Assembly: GCA_023231475.1 (NCBI GenBank)
Contig: JALJEE010002080.1
Location: 1-46,874, forward strand
Reading direction: 5' to 3'
DNA: 46,874 nt
Source of the DNA: Seison nebaliae
Taxonomy: Eukaryota
Both the position numbers and the translations under genes were made by a program. The notes below the pieces were generated by a model. That model searched no databases. It worked only from the letters and a program-made list of their open reading frames with translations, and was not told the origin of the DNA. Below are positions 10,454-23,336 of this stretch, piece after piece; position 1 is the first letter of the stretch; every line of letters begins with the position of its first letter.

Positions 10454-12646
10454 ATGCAATTCCTCTTCTTCTTTTTTTGTTCTTCAATCTATTCCGACGG
10501 TTTTTTTTATTTGTAATAGACTTTTTTTTTTGTATTTTCTATAAATTTATCAGAATGCTTCGAAAATACTAGTCCATCGGCCATCAAAAATGGAAAATGC
10601 GAACGAATTCGATTAAGAATCAAATTAACTTTTAAAAATGATAAAGTTTTTCGTTGTTAATTCTTGAAGTATACGTTTCTCACTTATTTTTTCTTAGAAA
10701 TATGATTTACTGAAAATTAGAGCAGAATTAACTAAAGTGATTGATGATGAATATGATACGAATTTTATTAAACCGATGAATATAATGAAAAACAAAAGTT
10801 TTCCACGAGAATATAATGGTGAAAGAATGATGAACATTCAATCTCATTATATGTTGAACGACATATTCGTATTAAGATTCGATGGGTCAATCGCTTTACC
10901 GAAAACTTTAAAATTAATGGTTAATTTTTGAGAAGGAGTTTAATTAAAAGAAATTTATGAATAGATTATAATAAAATCATTTGTTAGAGGATTACAATAT
11001 TTTTGGTGCAAATGGATGGAACCAAAAGCGACGAATTATTTCTTCTTCAATTCAACTTCTTGCGATAATCAAGGTACGAAAATAGATTCTTATCACAACA
11101 CAAGAAGTTTTCCATTCAAATTGGAAAGGATCATTATCAATAATCGCCTTAGAAATCAGTGATCAATATATCCGTACGAATATTTCAATAAAATTTCGTA
11201 AAAATGACATCCACGACAAATCGTTCAGTTTCAAAGAATTTTTTGATGTTCACCAAATTCCTAAAAAATGGATTAATGATAATTTATGGCAAATTAATTT
11301 CGCCGATACCTGCTTATTGTTTTGTTCGTCTTATAACAAAGTTCAATTGATTTGTTAATAATTTAACATAAATCTTAGAAAAAATTTTGCAGATCCGTCC
11401 GATATGAAGTACATTGTCAGTTGTTTGATGAGCATCCGTATGTGAAAACTAAAGAAGGTCATTATATTCTTCCGGAATTTGATGAGCAATCATTTCTTTA
11501 TATGAAGTGTGTGAAAAGTTATGAACAATATATATTTTATTCAAATTCTATGGGAATTCCTATTAGACAGGAACATGTATGATAAGATAATCTCATTTAA
11601 GAATAAGGAAGAGTATTGCGCTTATTCATTTCATGGGGATTATCATAGTAATTATCGATTGAAGCCGTTACGTCAATTTTTTACTTCACATATCGGAACT
11701 TGCGCTCGACATTGTACATTGAATAAGAAAGTTTCATTCTCTTTAACCTCTCTCATTTTCGAAAATCGAATTATTATCTTTGGTTGTTTTTGGTGAAAAG
11801 TGCCAAAGTTTTTCTGTAAGGCAAACTTGTGTTCTTCAAACAATTTTCACTTCGATGATTGAAGTGAAACATTATGAGAATGATAAAGATGATTGTCCAT
11901 GTTTGTTCTATCGAACAATCAACTCACCGTTACTAGATTCTACGACCGAAATAACTGGGCTATATTTGAATAAGAATGAAATAAGTTGGTTGTTTTTATT
12001 GCGTGAAATTTATTAATTAATTCAGATAATCATCAATATTGTGTGTCTTTGAACCGATTTTGTGATTATGTGCTGATCGATTTGATTCTCAAATTTAAAG
12101 TCATTCCCAAATTGAGTGCTCTTTATATGAGAGAAATTACGAATGGAAGTAGAAGTTTATTTTTCTTCAATTTCATCTCATCTTTCTCCTACAAAGCCAA
12201 TACCGTTTTCTTTTCGTATATTCCGAAAAATTATTCTCGATATTATGAAAGGACAAAAGTGTTGAGATATGAAGGACTTCTTCATAAACTTTGGACACCT
12301 AATAATACAGCTTTCGGAATTTATGTTACCAGTACTGGGAAAAAAGATCCTATTATCAAGCAAGTTCGTTTAAATTAAATTTTTTATTATCTACGAGATA
12401 ATTTAATGACTAGTTGAAGTATGCGAATATTATAACGAATCTTAACTTTACGTTTGATTGTAAGAAGCATTGCAACTTGAAAAATGAAAATGTATTGGTC
12501 ATTGAAAAAAAACATGGTAAATTTCAAGTGAGAAAAAGACTGTCGAGAGTTATTCATCCACTCTTATTCCCATTGACAACTCTCACGATCATTTTTTTTA
12601 GTATTCAAACACACTTAGAACGATTTTCGGTTTGGAAGGATATTAA
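10454..12646 (+). CDS. Unknown secreted Cys-containing protein with two PAN/apple-like modules, 11-12 exons
   Basis: One open frame results after removing GTT...AG introns 10500-10553, 10646-10697, 10920-10964, 11107-11152, 11341-11378, 11518-11566, 11731-11800, 11985-12025, 12155-12196, 12364-12413 and probably 12549-12601 (otherwise the stop is at 12677). It has a hydrophobic N-terminus MQFLFFFFCSSIYS and the motifs CLLFC...FCRSVRYEVHCQLF and CARHC...CQSFSVRQTCVLQ. Confidence 0.7.
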
Positions 12647-12711
12647 TCGAGAAAAAAATTTTTATAACTTACAATAATAAATTGTTAATTAAAAAATGAC
12701 AATTGAAGTTG

Positions 12712-15151
12712 TTATTCAATCTCGTCCGATGATGAATCGATGGAGACGATGTCATTCATATCAATATTCGCCATCATTTCGGTTATACCCGAAATACATT
12801 CGAGTTCTAAAGGATTCTCTAAAATTTTCAAAATGAATTCTTCACTTTCGCTCGCTAATTCCACAATTGACTTGGAACAAGCGATGCATTTATCATATGC
12901 CATGAGAACGGGATACCAGAATTCGTTGGAATAGAGTTGCCCTCGAATCTGATGAGGAATGGACAACGAGAGACAAGTTTCCGTATCCGTCCTTATCATT
13001 TCGCGATGGTCATGTTGAAGTTGACATAATGAAACTAATAATTCAACAGCCATCGAACTGGATATGGTACTTAATCCGGGTCTAGTCACAGTACATTGTT
13101 GATCTAGAGTTCGATCTTTTTGACTATTACTTGGTGCAACGACATCGTTACAAAAGTAACATCCTAATCGTTCACTTTCATTCTCCATTAGAACCGAATG
13201 TCCATGTCGAAGTATAAGAAATGTGTCGAATCCTAATGCAACTGTTATTGCTAACTGAAAATGAGATGGATTGATAACTGGAATGATTTGAAGGGAACTT
13301 TTTTTAGCATACTACAAAGTAGCGTGGGTAAATATCTTCCTTCACGACTATCCGTCAATAGAAAGATGACATCATGTCCTTCAATCAATTCTCTCAATTC
13401 ACGAATATTATTTAAAATTTCGGCTTGTTCAATCTGGGAATAATGTCCTGGCATTGGTATCTTCAATTGTCGCCCATTTATTGTATCGGAAGCAAATGGA
13501 ATAATTTTCTTGATGGCATCAGCTGCTGCCACTGATTTCTCTCGACGTTTCTCCGCGTCATCGAAAGTGAAAAGAGACTGTCTCGTTGGATTGGAATATG
13601 AGACGGTAGAATTGTCTACAAATGTGATATGTGTAACGCCCCAACCCTAATCCAATTAATGAATTTTCATAGAAAAAGAAAAGTCCAACTATCAAGTTTC
13701 TGGCGACGGAACAGCCTAATGTTCCCGATCCTAATAATAAGCATTTCAATGATTTGATCGATTCCAAGTTAAGAGTGGGAACCAATCGCCATTTCATTAA
13801 TTCCAAATTCAAATTAGTCGATGTCTTCGCCATTCTGGACGTAGAAGATTTAGAGAAATTAAAAGAAAATAAGGAACTGCAAAGGATCTAGTGATTTACT
13901 CATGTCTACCATTGTGCCAGCTAATTTTCCCTGAGAATTCCTTTCCCATCCGAAATATTTCGGTTCTTCAATAAACATCATGAAAATAGAAAGAAAATTG
14001 AAAGTTTTGGAATAATCCAAATAACGTGTGGGATATCTCCAATACCGTTAACGGATGGAAATATCTTATTGTTAGTATGGAAAAGTTAAACCTTTCTCCA
14101 AATCGATCAAGTCCAAATTGATTTGAATGTGGAAAATGGAAGAAGGAGAAGCGTCATTCGTTCCATTTTGTCTCAGAGCGAATAATTTCAACGAAATTTT
14201 ACCAGATAAACGTCTTGTCATTTTCCTATCAAATTAATTTCTTCTATTAATGAAGATGTCGATGGAAAGAATAACAAATATGAAATAATATTCATTAGCA
14301 AATTATTGGCAACCACACCAAAATAATTAGCGTGTGAACTTGTATCAACGAAACCGAAATATATCTCTGAAACTCGAATATTTTTTAAACTAGAAAAAAA
14401 ATGAGAAATTAGTCAAAAGAGAAACTTGACAAATTCTTGTTATGGAATGATGTGAATTGAAATAAATTGAATGATTTTTTGTCTATCAAAAAATATGATT
14501 GTCGTCGTTCGTATCGTTCTTCCCAATCGAAGAATTGTTTGTTGAATAAACTCATCTCCTTCTTACTCCATTTCTCTAATACATTGTATCGATTCAACAA
14601 AATTGCTTCATATCCATCCCAAACAAATGAGCAATAAGAAAACCAATAAAGAAATTGAAATTTCTTAATATTCTTCAAACATTTATTAGACAAATTAAAA
14701 AATGAAAATAAGAGAATTATGAAACTGAATAAAGTAGCAAAACGAAATTCTCCAAATCATTCGAAAGAATTCCTCTTCTCGATTTGTCAATTAACTAAGA
14801 AAAATTTAAAAATTAAAAATAAGTTAATTTAACCATCTCCAATTGTTGTTTTATCAGATGAATTTTATTTAATTTTTTGAAATTTTCCTTTAGGGAAAAT
14901 GGAATCAATTCTCCTTTACAAATATAGTCATGTTTCTGAATTGAATTACCCAAATCCTGAGTGAAACATTCGTCATCGATAAAAGCGAATGCTGGTAAAT
15001 TATCTCGTTGATCATTCACGTATTTCATGAATAGACGATGTCTCTCATCCTTCAACTTCAGTTCTTTCAGTTGCCAATCTCCAATTGTCAACCAAAAAGT
15101 CATATCGATACTCGATCGAAAAGGAATCATTTTGACCAATGACGGTTCCAT
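12712..15151 (-). CDS. ATG7: Ubiquitin-like modifier-activating enzyme ATG7
   Basis: [78 protein letters not shown] and the catalytic [10 protein letters not shown]. Inferred introns (donor-acceptor): 14833-14795, 14725-14673, 14425-14367, 14275-14226, 14091-13966, 13877-13835, 13689-13647, 13298-13255. Confidence 0.95.
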
Positions 15152-15595
15152 CCTAAATCTTCACAACTTGATAAGAAGACTAACAATTGCGAATCTAACG
15201 TAAGAACGAGAGTTTATTGTATTTGGGAAGAACATAAATTTTAGAGGTAAAAATATTTTTAAACTAAAAATTTGAAATTTCCAATTTCCCTATCATCTTT
15301 TATTCATTCAAATCAATTCCTAATTTCGAATTATTTGATCACTAGACAAATTGTTTACAGAATAAGGAGTTACTTTGGCATAACATAGTAACATGTTTTA
15401 ATAAGGAAATGATGAATATTGATATGGATATACAAATAAAAAAAAATAATGAGAATAATGAAAAATTGGATGGCGAAGTATTTTATTTAGTATAATACAA
15501 ATCGAAAATAGTTCTTGTTAGATGTGATTGAACCAAAATAATTTGTCAGTTTGAATTGTTAGATGTCACGGAGTAGTTATTGAATTATAATTAGC

Positions 15596-16407
15596 TTAAC
15601 TAAAATTTTTTGTCGATTGTTTCTTCAAAATTGAATTTTGATAATGTTTCATATGATTTCGATGTAATTTTGATTTTATGATTCTATCTTTCGCTTTAGG
15701 ATGTGAAGCGGAACGGGGTAAGAATGATACGGAGCTGGTTATTGGAGATAAGAAAACGGATTGACACGAACTTGATTGATCAGTATTGGTTGGTGAAGAT
15801 GGAAGGAGACGTGGTAGACAACCATAGTTTTTTACATCACTCGATGTGATTGAATGATAATAATGAATATAAGAAAAAAATTGATGTGGTGGAATTGTGG
15901 AAAGGAAAAAATTGGATGTAGTCTTGGGAGGATTTTCAATAAAGTCACTGGTAGTCAACGAAGGATTAGTAAGAACATTTAGTCGAATCATAGAAATGGC
16001 ATTTCTCATTAGAGTTGGCTGACAAAAATTAACTGAGCGTTTTGGAAAAGTTTTATGGAAGATTTTATGATTAATCGATGAGAAGGGATGATCCAAATTA
16101 AAATTTTTGGAAGTTTTTTTAAATTTATTAATGGAAATTGAATTGCCATTCAACACTTTAATTGAAGTCATCGGTTTTGCATGAGAGAATGAATTATTTA
16201 AATTTTTTGAGAGTGGCCACTTCTTGTTAACAAGGTTCTTAATCGAAGCGAAAAATTCGAGATTAGGTGCTGGTAATGATGTTGAATGAATTATGTTGCG
16301 AAAAGAATTGGAGAAGATTCTTGACAAATTTGGTCGTTTCGGTTCATCAGGAAACTTTTGGGGCGACTTATTGACATAAAGATGATCATCAATAATTTTA
16401 CATTCTC
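15596..16407 (-). CDS. Low-complexity S/N/P/K-rich terminal exon of about 270 codons, possibly an alternative last exon of RALGAPA
   Basis: The frame is open from a TAG acceptor at 16408 to the stop at 15596, with no ATG at its start. Its phase 1 matches the GTT donor at 17259. Confidence 0.45.
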
Positions 16408-17254
16408 CTAATCCACAAAATGTGGAAGAAACAAAATAATTATTAGAAATGTTTATTATTCATAAGTTCTTCCTTTTAATTATTAAACGATTTTGAATTT
16501 GGCAGTTAGTGTTTTAATTGGGATTTTTAGAAATAAGAAGTTAATAGGATGTCAAGAATAAAATGGAATGTTGGAAAAGGAGTAAAATTTTCAAACTTTG
16601 TGTAAAAACACTTGTTCTTTTTAATAAAAAGGAATGGGTTATCTAATGGATTATTTATATAATGACCATTAAGAAGGGAATGTAAACGGATGTTGAGTTG
16701 ACCTTGTTAAATTGAAGAAGAGTTTTTTTGGGGAATGTATGTTGTTTAAATGAGTGAAACGGAAATAAATTGAGGGGTGGACAAAGAGTAAACGAATACA
16801 AAATGAATGAATGATGAATAATATTTATAAGATCAATTAAAGGAAGTGATCGGTTGGAATGTAAATAGTAAAATTAATCGAAATAAATTATTAGTTGTGA
16901 ACTGATTCATAATCGGATTGTATAGATTGAATCAGTTCATCCATTAACTGAGGGTAAAAACAAAAAATATAAATTTCTCGTAAATTTTTAAAAAAAGGAC
17001 TTCTGTTCAAACATTTGATAAAGAATTTTAGTTTAAATGGTTATTTTCAATCATAATCAATGATTATACACATTCATTTTCCGAGTATATCTGACGATGA
17101 GAAATATTTCTTTTTCATTCATCCAATATCGTTGTTGTTGTTGTTATGGCTGAAAGTTGTTATAATGAAAGAAGTATAACGACCAAACAAATTATTGGTT
17201 AAAAAGAAACAAACCGAAATAAAAATAAGAGGGGAATGATGAATGAAAAGAGAA

Positions 17255-20200
17255 TTAACTTTTGAATGAAATTTGACTATTATCATTGGAAGTCATTATT
17301 TCTTCCTGCGCTACAAACCGACTAGATGTAGTCATGTGAGATCTGACTGATTCATTCTTCTCATTCATGATCGGTTGGAGAAGAGACGAGTCATCCGTAT
17401 GGAATTCTTCGTTATTTGCAATGAAAGGAAATTTCATTTGATATCGTTCGAACAAATGAATGAAATCGTTGTATCGTTTCTCATAAGATATGGTATAGTC
17501 TTGCAATTCGTCGAAGATGCACGAATAATAAATATCAGATGGTTTCCCACCACCATTCGAACTACCGGGATCATATGTTGTAATATCTGGATATTCTTTA
17601 AAAAGACGAAGTATTCTCGAATAATTAGTGGCCGTTTCTCGAACTAATTTAGCGAGAGTTCGACCACTCACTAAACATCCGTCATGTAATGGACCGACAT
17701 ACGAGTAAGCACTATTCTTACTTGATGTACTGACAAATGATCGATCATGATTATTATTATCGAATAATTGATTTGGTCGATTGGTGATAGTAGAGTCTAA
17801 TATGTTATTTTTAGCAGTACTTATACATCCATTCATATTCAATTCATTAGGTAATTGATCGAGAGAGAATAGACCTTTATTCGTCGATCTATCAAATGAT
17901 GTATTAAATATTCGAACGATATCTTCTCGATCATAACGATGAATTCTTTTATTGACATGTTCACGAATATCGATCTTGATAAGATAGAGCTGTTCTGAAT
18001 ATTTCAAATAATCTTCCGATAATTTTTTCTGTTTCTCATTCTCATCGATTACTGTTCCACTATCTTCATAATTGGACTCTGGTGAATAATATTGATATAA
18101 TTCATAAATTGCCTCTCTCAAATTTCTCGACATCTTCCACCGATTCATATCGACTGAACAATCAATTAAATTGAGAGCATTCTCTTTCATAGGATGATTG
18201 ACCATTTCCATAATTTGCTCTAATTCACTCAATTCAATGTCAGTGCCATTTTCCTCATTTAAGGCATTCATAAAATATTCATGTAAATTGGACGTTCTCT
18301 TCATCGGATAAATACAAATGATCACGTCCGCCAATTCGGTGGGGAAAGACAATCGTTTAAACGTCAAATCATCTGGATATTCACACCAAACGATATGAAT
18401 GTCATCATTTCCTAAATGACTCAACTTCTTATTAAAGTATTCGGGTAATGTGGGCATTCGAGTAGATATATGAAATGCAGTCTCATTCATTTCATCCTCA
18501 AAAATGAGAATTCGTCGAAATTCTTCAACATCTTTGATGAAATGATTCATCGAAATTTCATCTTGATCTGTACGACGTCGATCATATCGACCGATATATC
18601 CATCATATTCCATCGCATCCACCCACCATCCTAAACCATAAAGGAAAAATTGGAAATCGGTCGATTCTTTTTCATTCTTCAGAATCTCGTTCTTCTCAAA
18701 GTCCTTTACAAACAGACAAGCAATTTTATGTTCTTCTTTCGTTGGTCGTTTCAAATAATTAATGAATTTCTGAGTGAAATCTTTCCACGAATCATTGGAA
18801 TATGTTGCGTCAACACTTCCATCGATCATATTCCATCCTGAATGATTACTGTTGGTCATCAATCGTAAATCATCGATTAATAATCGACGTAGTGATAGAG
18901 AGTCTCGACATAATTCTTCTCGTTTTTGAATGGAAGATAATTGATTCTCTTTCTCATACGTATTCTTCACTTCGAACGACATTGATCGAACAACATTCCC
19001 AGAGAGATCGAATGAATATAAAAGAAATGTATTTATGAATTCATCTAATTTCTCCATCGACTTCTCCACATTTAACCACGCGACTAAATGTTTTAGGAGT
19101 AAATTCATCAATCGTTCAGCTGAAGTATCTCCTTCGATATCGAATGGAAGAACTGTGGACGCTTCTATCCTTTCTTTTTCTTCTTCATTCTCTCCAATTC
19201 TCTCGTCATCATTTTTAAATTGAAACGATTCATTCGTTTTCAAACGGATCTGTTTGAGAATCGTATTCAAATCAATGAATGTCAATGACAAAGAAGAAAA
19301 ATTTTCTCGTGAAATTTTACTCTTCTCATTCTCTACTAACGAATGGTCGGAGGACGATGGAGGAGTGAGAACGAGATCATTAAAAATAGATCGGAAAATA
19401 TTTCCTTGTCTTTCTGTCGATTGTTGATTAGTGAAGGGTAATGAGAGATTGAACAGATTTCCAATATTTAACGATCGATCCTTTAACGACGATTCGAACA
19501 AATTATCGATAATCGTCGATGAGTATTTCCGTCTAATTTCGTCAGATAAAACTTTCATGTTATTCACTGAATTTTCCGTTAGGAAATGTGTGGTCCATTC
19601 AGTAGACAATGAATTGTAGAGTTGATTGAGATACAAAAGGAGAATTGTTGAAAATAATCGATTGAGAAATTCGCTCATTAATAATTTATCGGATTTGATG
19701 GATCTATCCATATTCTTCGATGTTTTCGATTTCCATCGATTGATGAACATTTGAAGATTATCGTTATTTTTCTCGTTATTAATCGAATAAAGTTTAACGT
19801 CGTTCGCTAAAATGATGAGAAGTAGAGTTCTTTGTTGGAAAGTTTTCTCTTTAATAATGTGGAAGAATGCGAAGATTATATTCGATTCAAATGAAATAAA
19901 TTGACGTTTCGAAATCGTTTCATCTGATGATAATTGCAAGTATTCCATTAAACGATTACTACTTCGTCGAGCGACTAATGAGGATTTTCTTAAAATTATT
20001 TCCTTCAATTTCCCATTTTGAACATTTTCGTAAATTCTCTTCAAGATCGAAACGGTTTCGTGGAAGATTGGTTTGATATCGTCGTTGTCGATTTGAGAAA
20101 TGAGTTGCATAAATTTCTCGTTGTCGATAGTAGAAATTGTGTTATCGAAGAAACGGTAAAAGGTATAATGGAGAAATGGATGGAAGCGAATCGGTTTATT

Positions 20201-21276
20201 ATTCTTTGTAGTCGATTCTTCGATTTGAATGATGGCATTTGTGATATCGATCAGATATTTCTCGTTAAACAAATATGAATGTTCATATCGATAGATAAAG
20301 AGGATGGTATCTATCAATTGATTGGAAATGAAAATGATATGTTTCTGAGATGTTTTAATAATGAGGAGAAGTTGAGTAATAATGAATCGGAAAAGTAAAT
20401 TGAGAATCTCTTTAATTTGAATCTCACCAAACATCGATCGAATACTCGACAAAGAGAATTGTTGTTGATGTTGTTCAGAAACGGTTATGGTTTGAACTCG
20501 TCGATGAATATCGATCCATTGTCGTAAGAGGAATAAGAGTGAATGACAACAGATCATAGTCGATGTTTCATCGTCGACGAAGATGGTATGATAAATGTTG
20601 ACGAACGAATCGATAATAGAAGTGAAATGTTTCAGTTTCTCTTGTACTCGAACTGTGAACGATTTGAAAGATAATTGATAATAAAACGATTGTTGAATTA
20701 ATAATAATTCTTCCATAGCCACAATAACTAGACAATTCATTAAACGACATTTTCCTTCGATCAATTGTGATTGACATCGATCGATATGTTCAATAAAGAA
20801 ACTCTCTCGATCACTTTTCAAATATTTCGTTTTAGTTGACGAATTTGTCTGATAAGAGATGAATAATTGAACGAATCTTATAAATTGATCAATTCCACTA
20901 AAGGCCAATAATGTATCGAATGATAATGAGTTGAGAGATCGAGTTAAATTTAACGAATCGGCTGATCGACGTTCCTCATATTCCTCTTTGACTTCATCGG
21001 CTAAAGTCTGAATATTTCCTCCATCCAAATCTTTAATATAACATTCTTCTGGTTTTGGCAAATTCGGTAAAATTGTCTGATTGTCAATTCGAATGGAATT
21101 GTTCAACGAATTCACCATTAAATGTTCATAAATATCGATTGAAATGAACAGATTTTGGGGAATTAACAACTTGTTGACATCTCGTAATTTATTAATTAAT
21201 TCACTTAATTCTCTCTTGGTATTCTGATGGGAAATGGGAGAATTAACGATAATTTGTTGACTCGCTTTTATCGTCG

Positions 21277-21307
<31 letters not shown>

Positions 21308-23304
21308 ATGTTGATGGTGAGAATGTAATTGATCAACTAAATCGAGAGCAGCTATATTGATTTCTGATACAGTCTCCTCATTCCATGATTTGCCTTGTTC
21401 GTTAAATGAGAAATAATTCCAGAGTAACATTTCCAAACGATTTGGAATATAATTGGGGAAATGGAAATTTGATGATTTGAATAAAGTGGCACAACCATCT
21501 CGAACAATCTTTAAAAATTCATCTGAACATTTCATATATTCGTATAAATATTTTATCAAACAATTTATCAATGACTCGTCATTCTTGTAGATGTTAAGGA
21601 AAGTGATGGATTGAAGTTCGTCTAACATGTTCAATTTACTCAACAAACGACCAGGACAACGAAATGAATGGAGAAGAATGTTGAGTGTCAACAAATCATC
21701 TAAACTCGACCCATTCCTCATTAATAATCTTTCTTCATTATTGTTCTGATTGGTAAACAAATGGAATGGAACTATCGATTTGGAAACGGTGACGATAAAT
21801 TGAAATAGATCATAAAAATTCATCATAAATTCTTTACATTTCTCAATCACATCGATTGCTTGATCGATAATATCTTCACTCTTATTCGCTCCTTCTCCAA
21901 AAACATAGATACATCGTCTTTCCTCACAACCATCATCATAATCATTGTCGTCGTGTAAAAGATGGAAATCAATATCATCATTATGATCACTTAATCGATT
22001 AATTAATTGAATATAATCATGACTTAAAATATCTCGAATTGGAATGAATCTTAAAATATTCATCAACATATGAATCGCAGTCCATCTGGTATAGATGATG
22101 GTCGAATAGAATGAAGACGATTCCATCGACGCTGTTTTTATTTCTCGATTAGAATAGATCGATTGAAATGACGACACCTTCTCACAAATATGACTAATCA
22201 ATTTCTTTTTCATCGATGTCAATGTTGTTGCGTTTTCTGCATTTTGACCAAAGGCAAAACTTTCACCAACATCACAAAGGAAATTGCCAATATCGAAAAT
22301 ATCGGGAATTATTTCGATTTCATATAATTCAGTCATCGATATTTTCAAATAGAATTTCGATACATTTTCACCATCTGACGACATGAAAGAATATGGTAAA
22401 TTCTGACGAGTAAATAAGAGATAGATGACAACTTCTGAGATACTGTGAACGACGGAAGAATATAAGGAGAAATCTGAATTATAGAATCGATCCATTACCG
22501 TTAACTTGAAATTGTTCAATGATAAAGTGCTACTCTTTCTTTCACTATTATTCGTCTTCGAACCATATTCTTCTTCCAACAAATTATTTATGGGATTGTT
22601 AATGAAAGCGAGTGATTTCGTTCGGAATTGTCGAAACGTTTGTCTGTTATTTTCACTTATCGTTTGACGTCGATGTTGTAATTTTACTTCAGTTGTCGCT
22701 GATAATAAAGGTTGATGGAAATGATCCGAACTCGACACATCTTTCCTCTCTGAACAAAACATTCGTTCAACGTCGAATGGTTGGAATTTCTTCCATTTGT
22801 GCACCATCACTCCCAGCAGATGTTTCCAAATCGTATAATATGATAACCGTTGATGATCGTTCCATTTAATCCAAACGACATTTGTCAATTTCTCCTTCTC
22901 AGTCAATGTGGTCGATTGATTATTCGTTTCTTCCACAATTGATGAATCTGCTAATTCAAAAGAAATAACGAATAGAGTAATGAAAAAAATATTAGATTTA
23001 ATATTATTGTGCTGATTATTGCTAATGGAAACAATACGATTCTATAAATTGAACTAGAATAAATTGAAGCAAATGTGAGGAGAAAATATAGTCTAATCGA
23101 TGTTGACGACGAATTAATAGGATGAAGAACAATTTCAACTAAAGTGCGAGCAAAGCAAAAATTTGAGAAGTACAAACGAGTATCTTGAAGTGATGGTTTA
23201 ATTCCATCAAAATTCAATAATATATCCATTGAATTAGAAAGAGAATTATTATTATTATTAGTGGTAGTAGTAGGAAGAGGATTAGAAAGAGAAGATTTTG
23301 AAAT

Positions 23305-23336
<32 letters not shown>

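Noticed and set aside
22951..23177. Hydrophobic, TM-like C-terminus of ORF 22951..25656
   Set aside because: It is read-through of a U-rich intron. A phase-1 GTT donor and the TAG/CAG acceptor join this ORF to the next RALGAPA exon.
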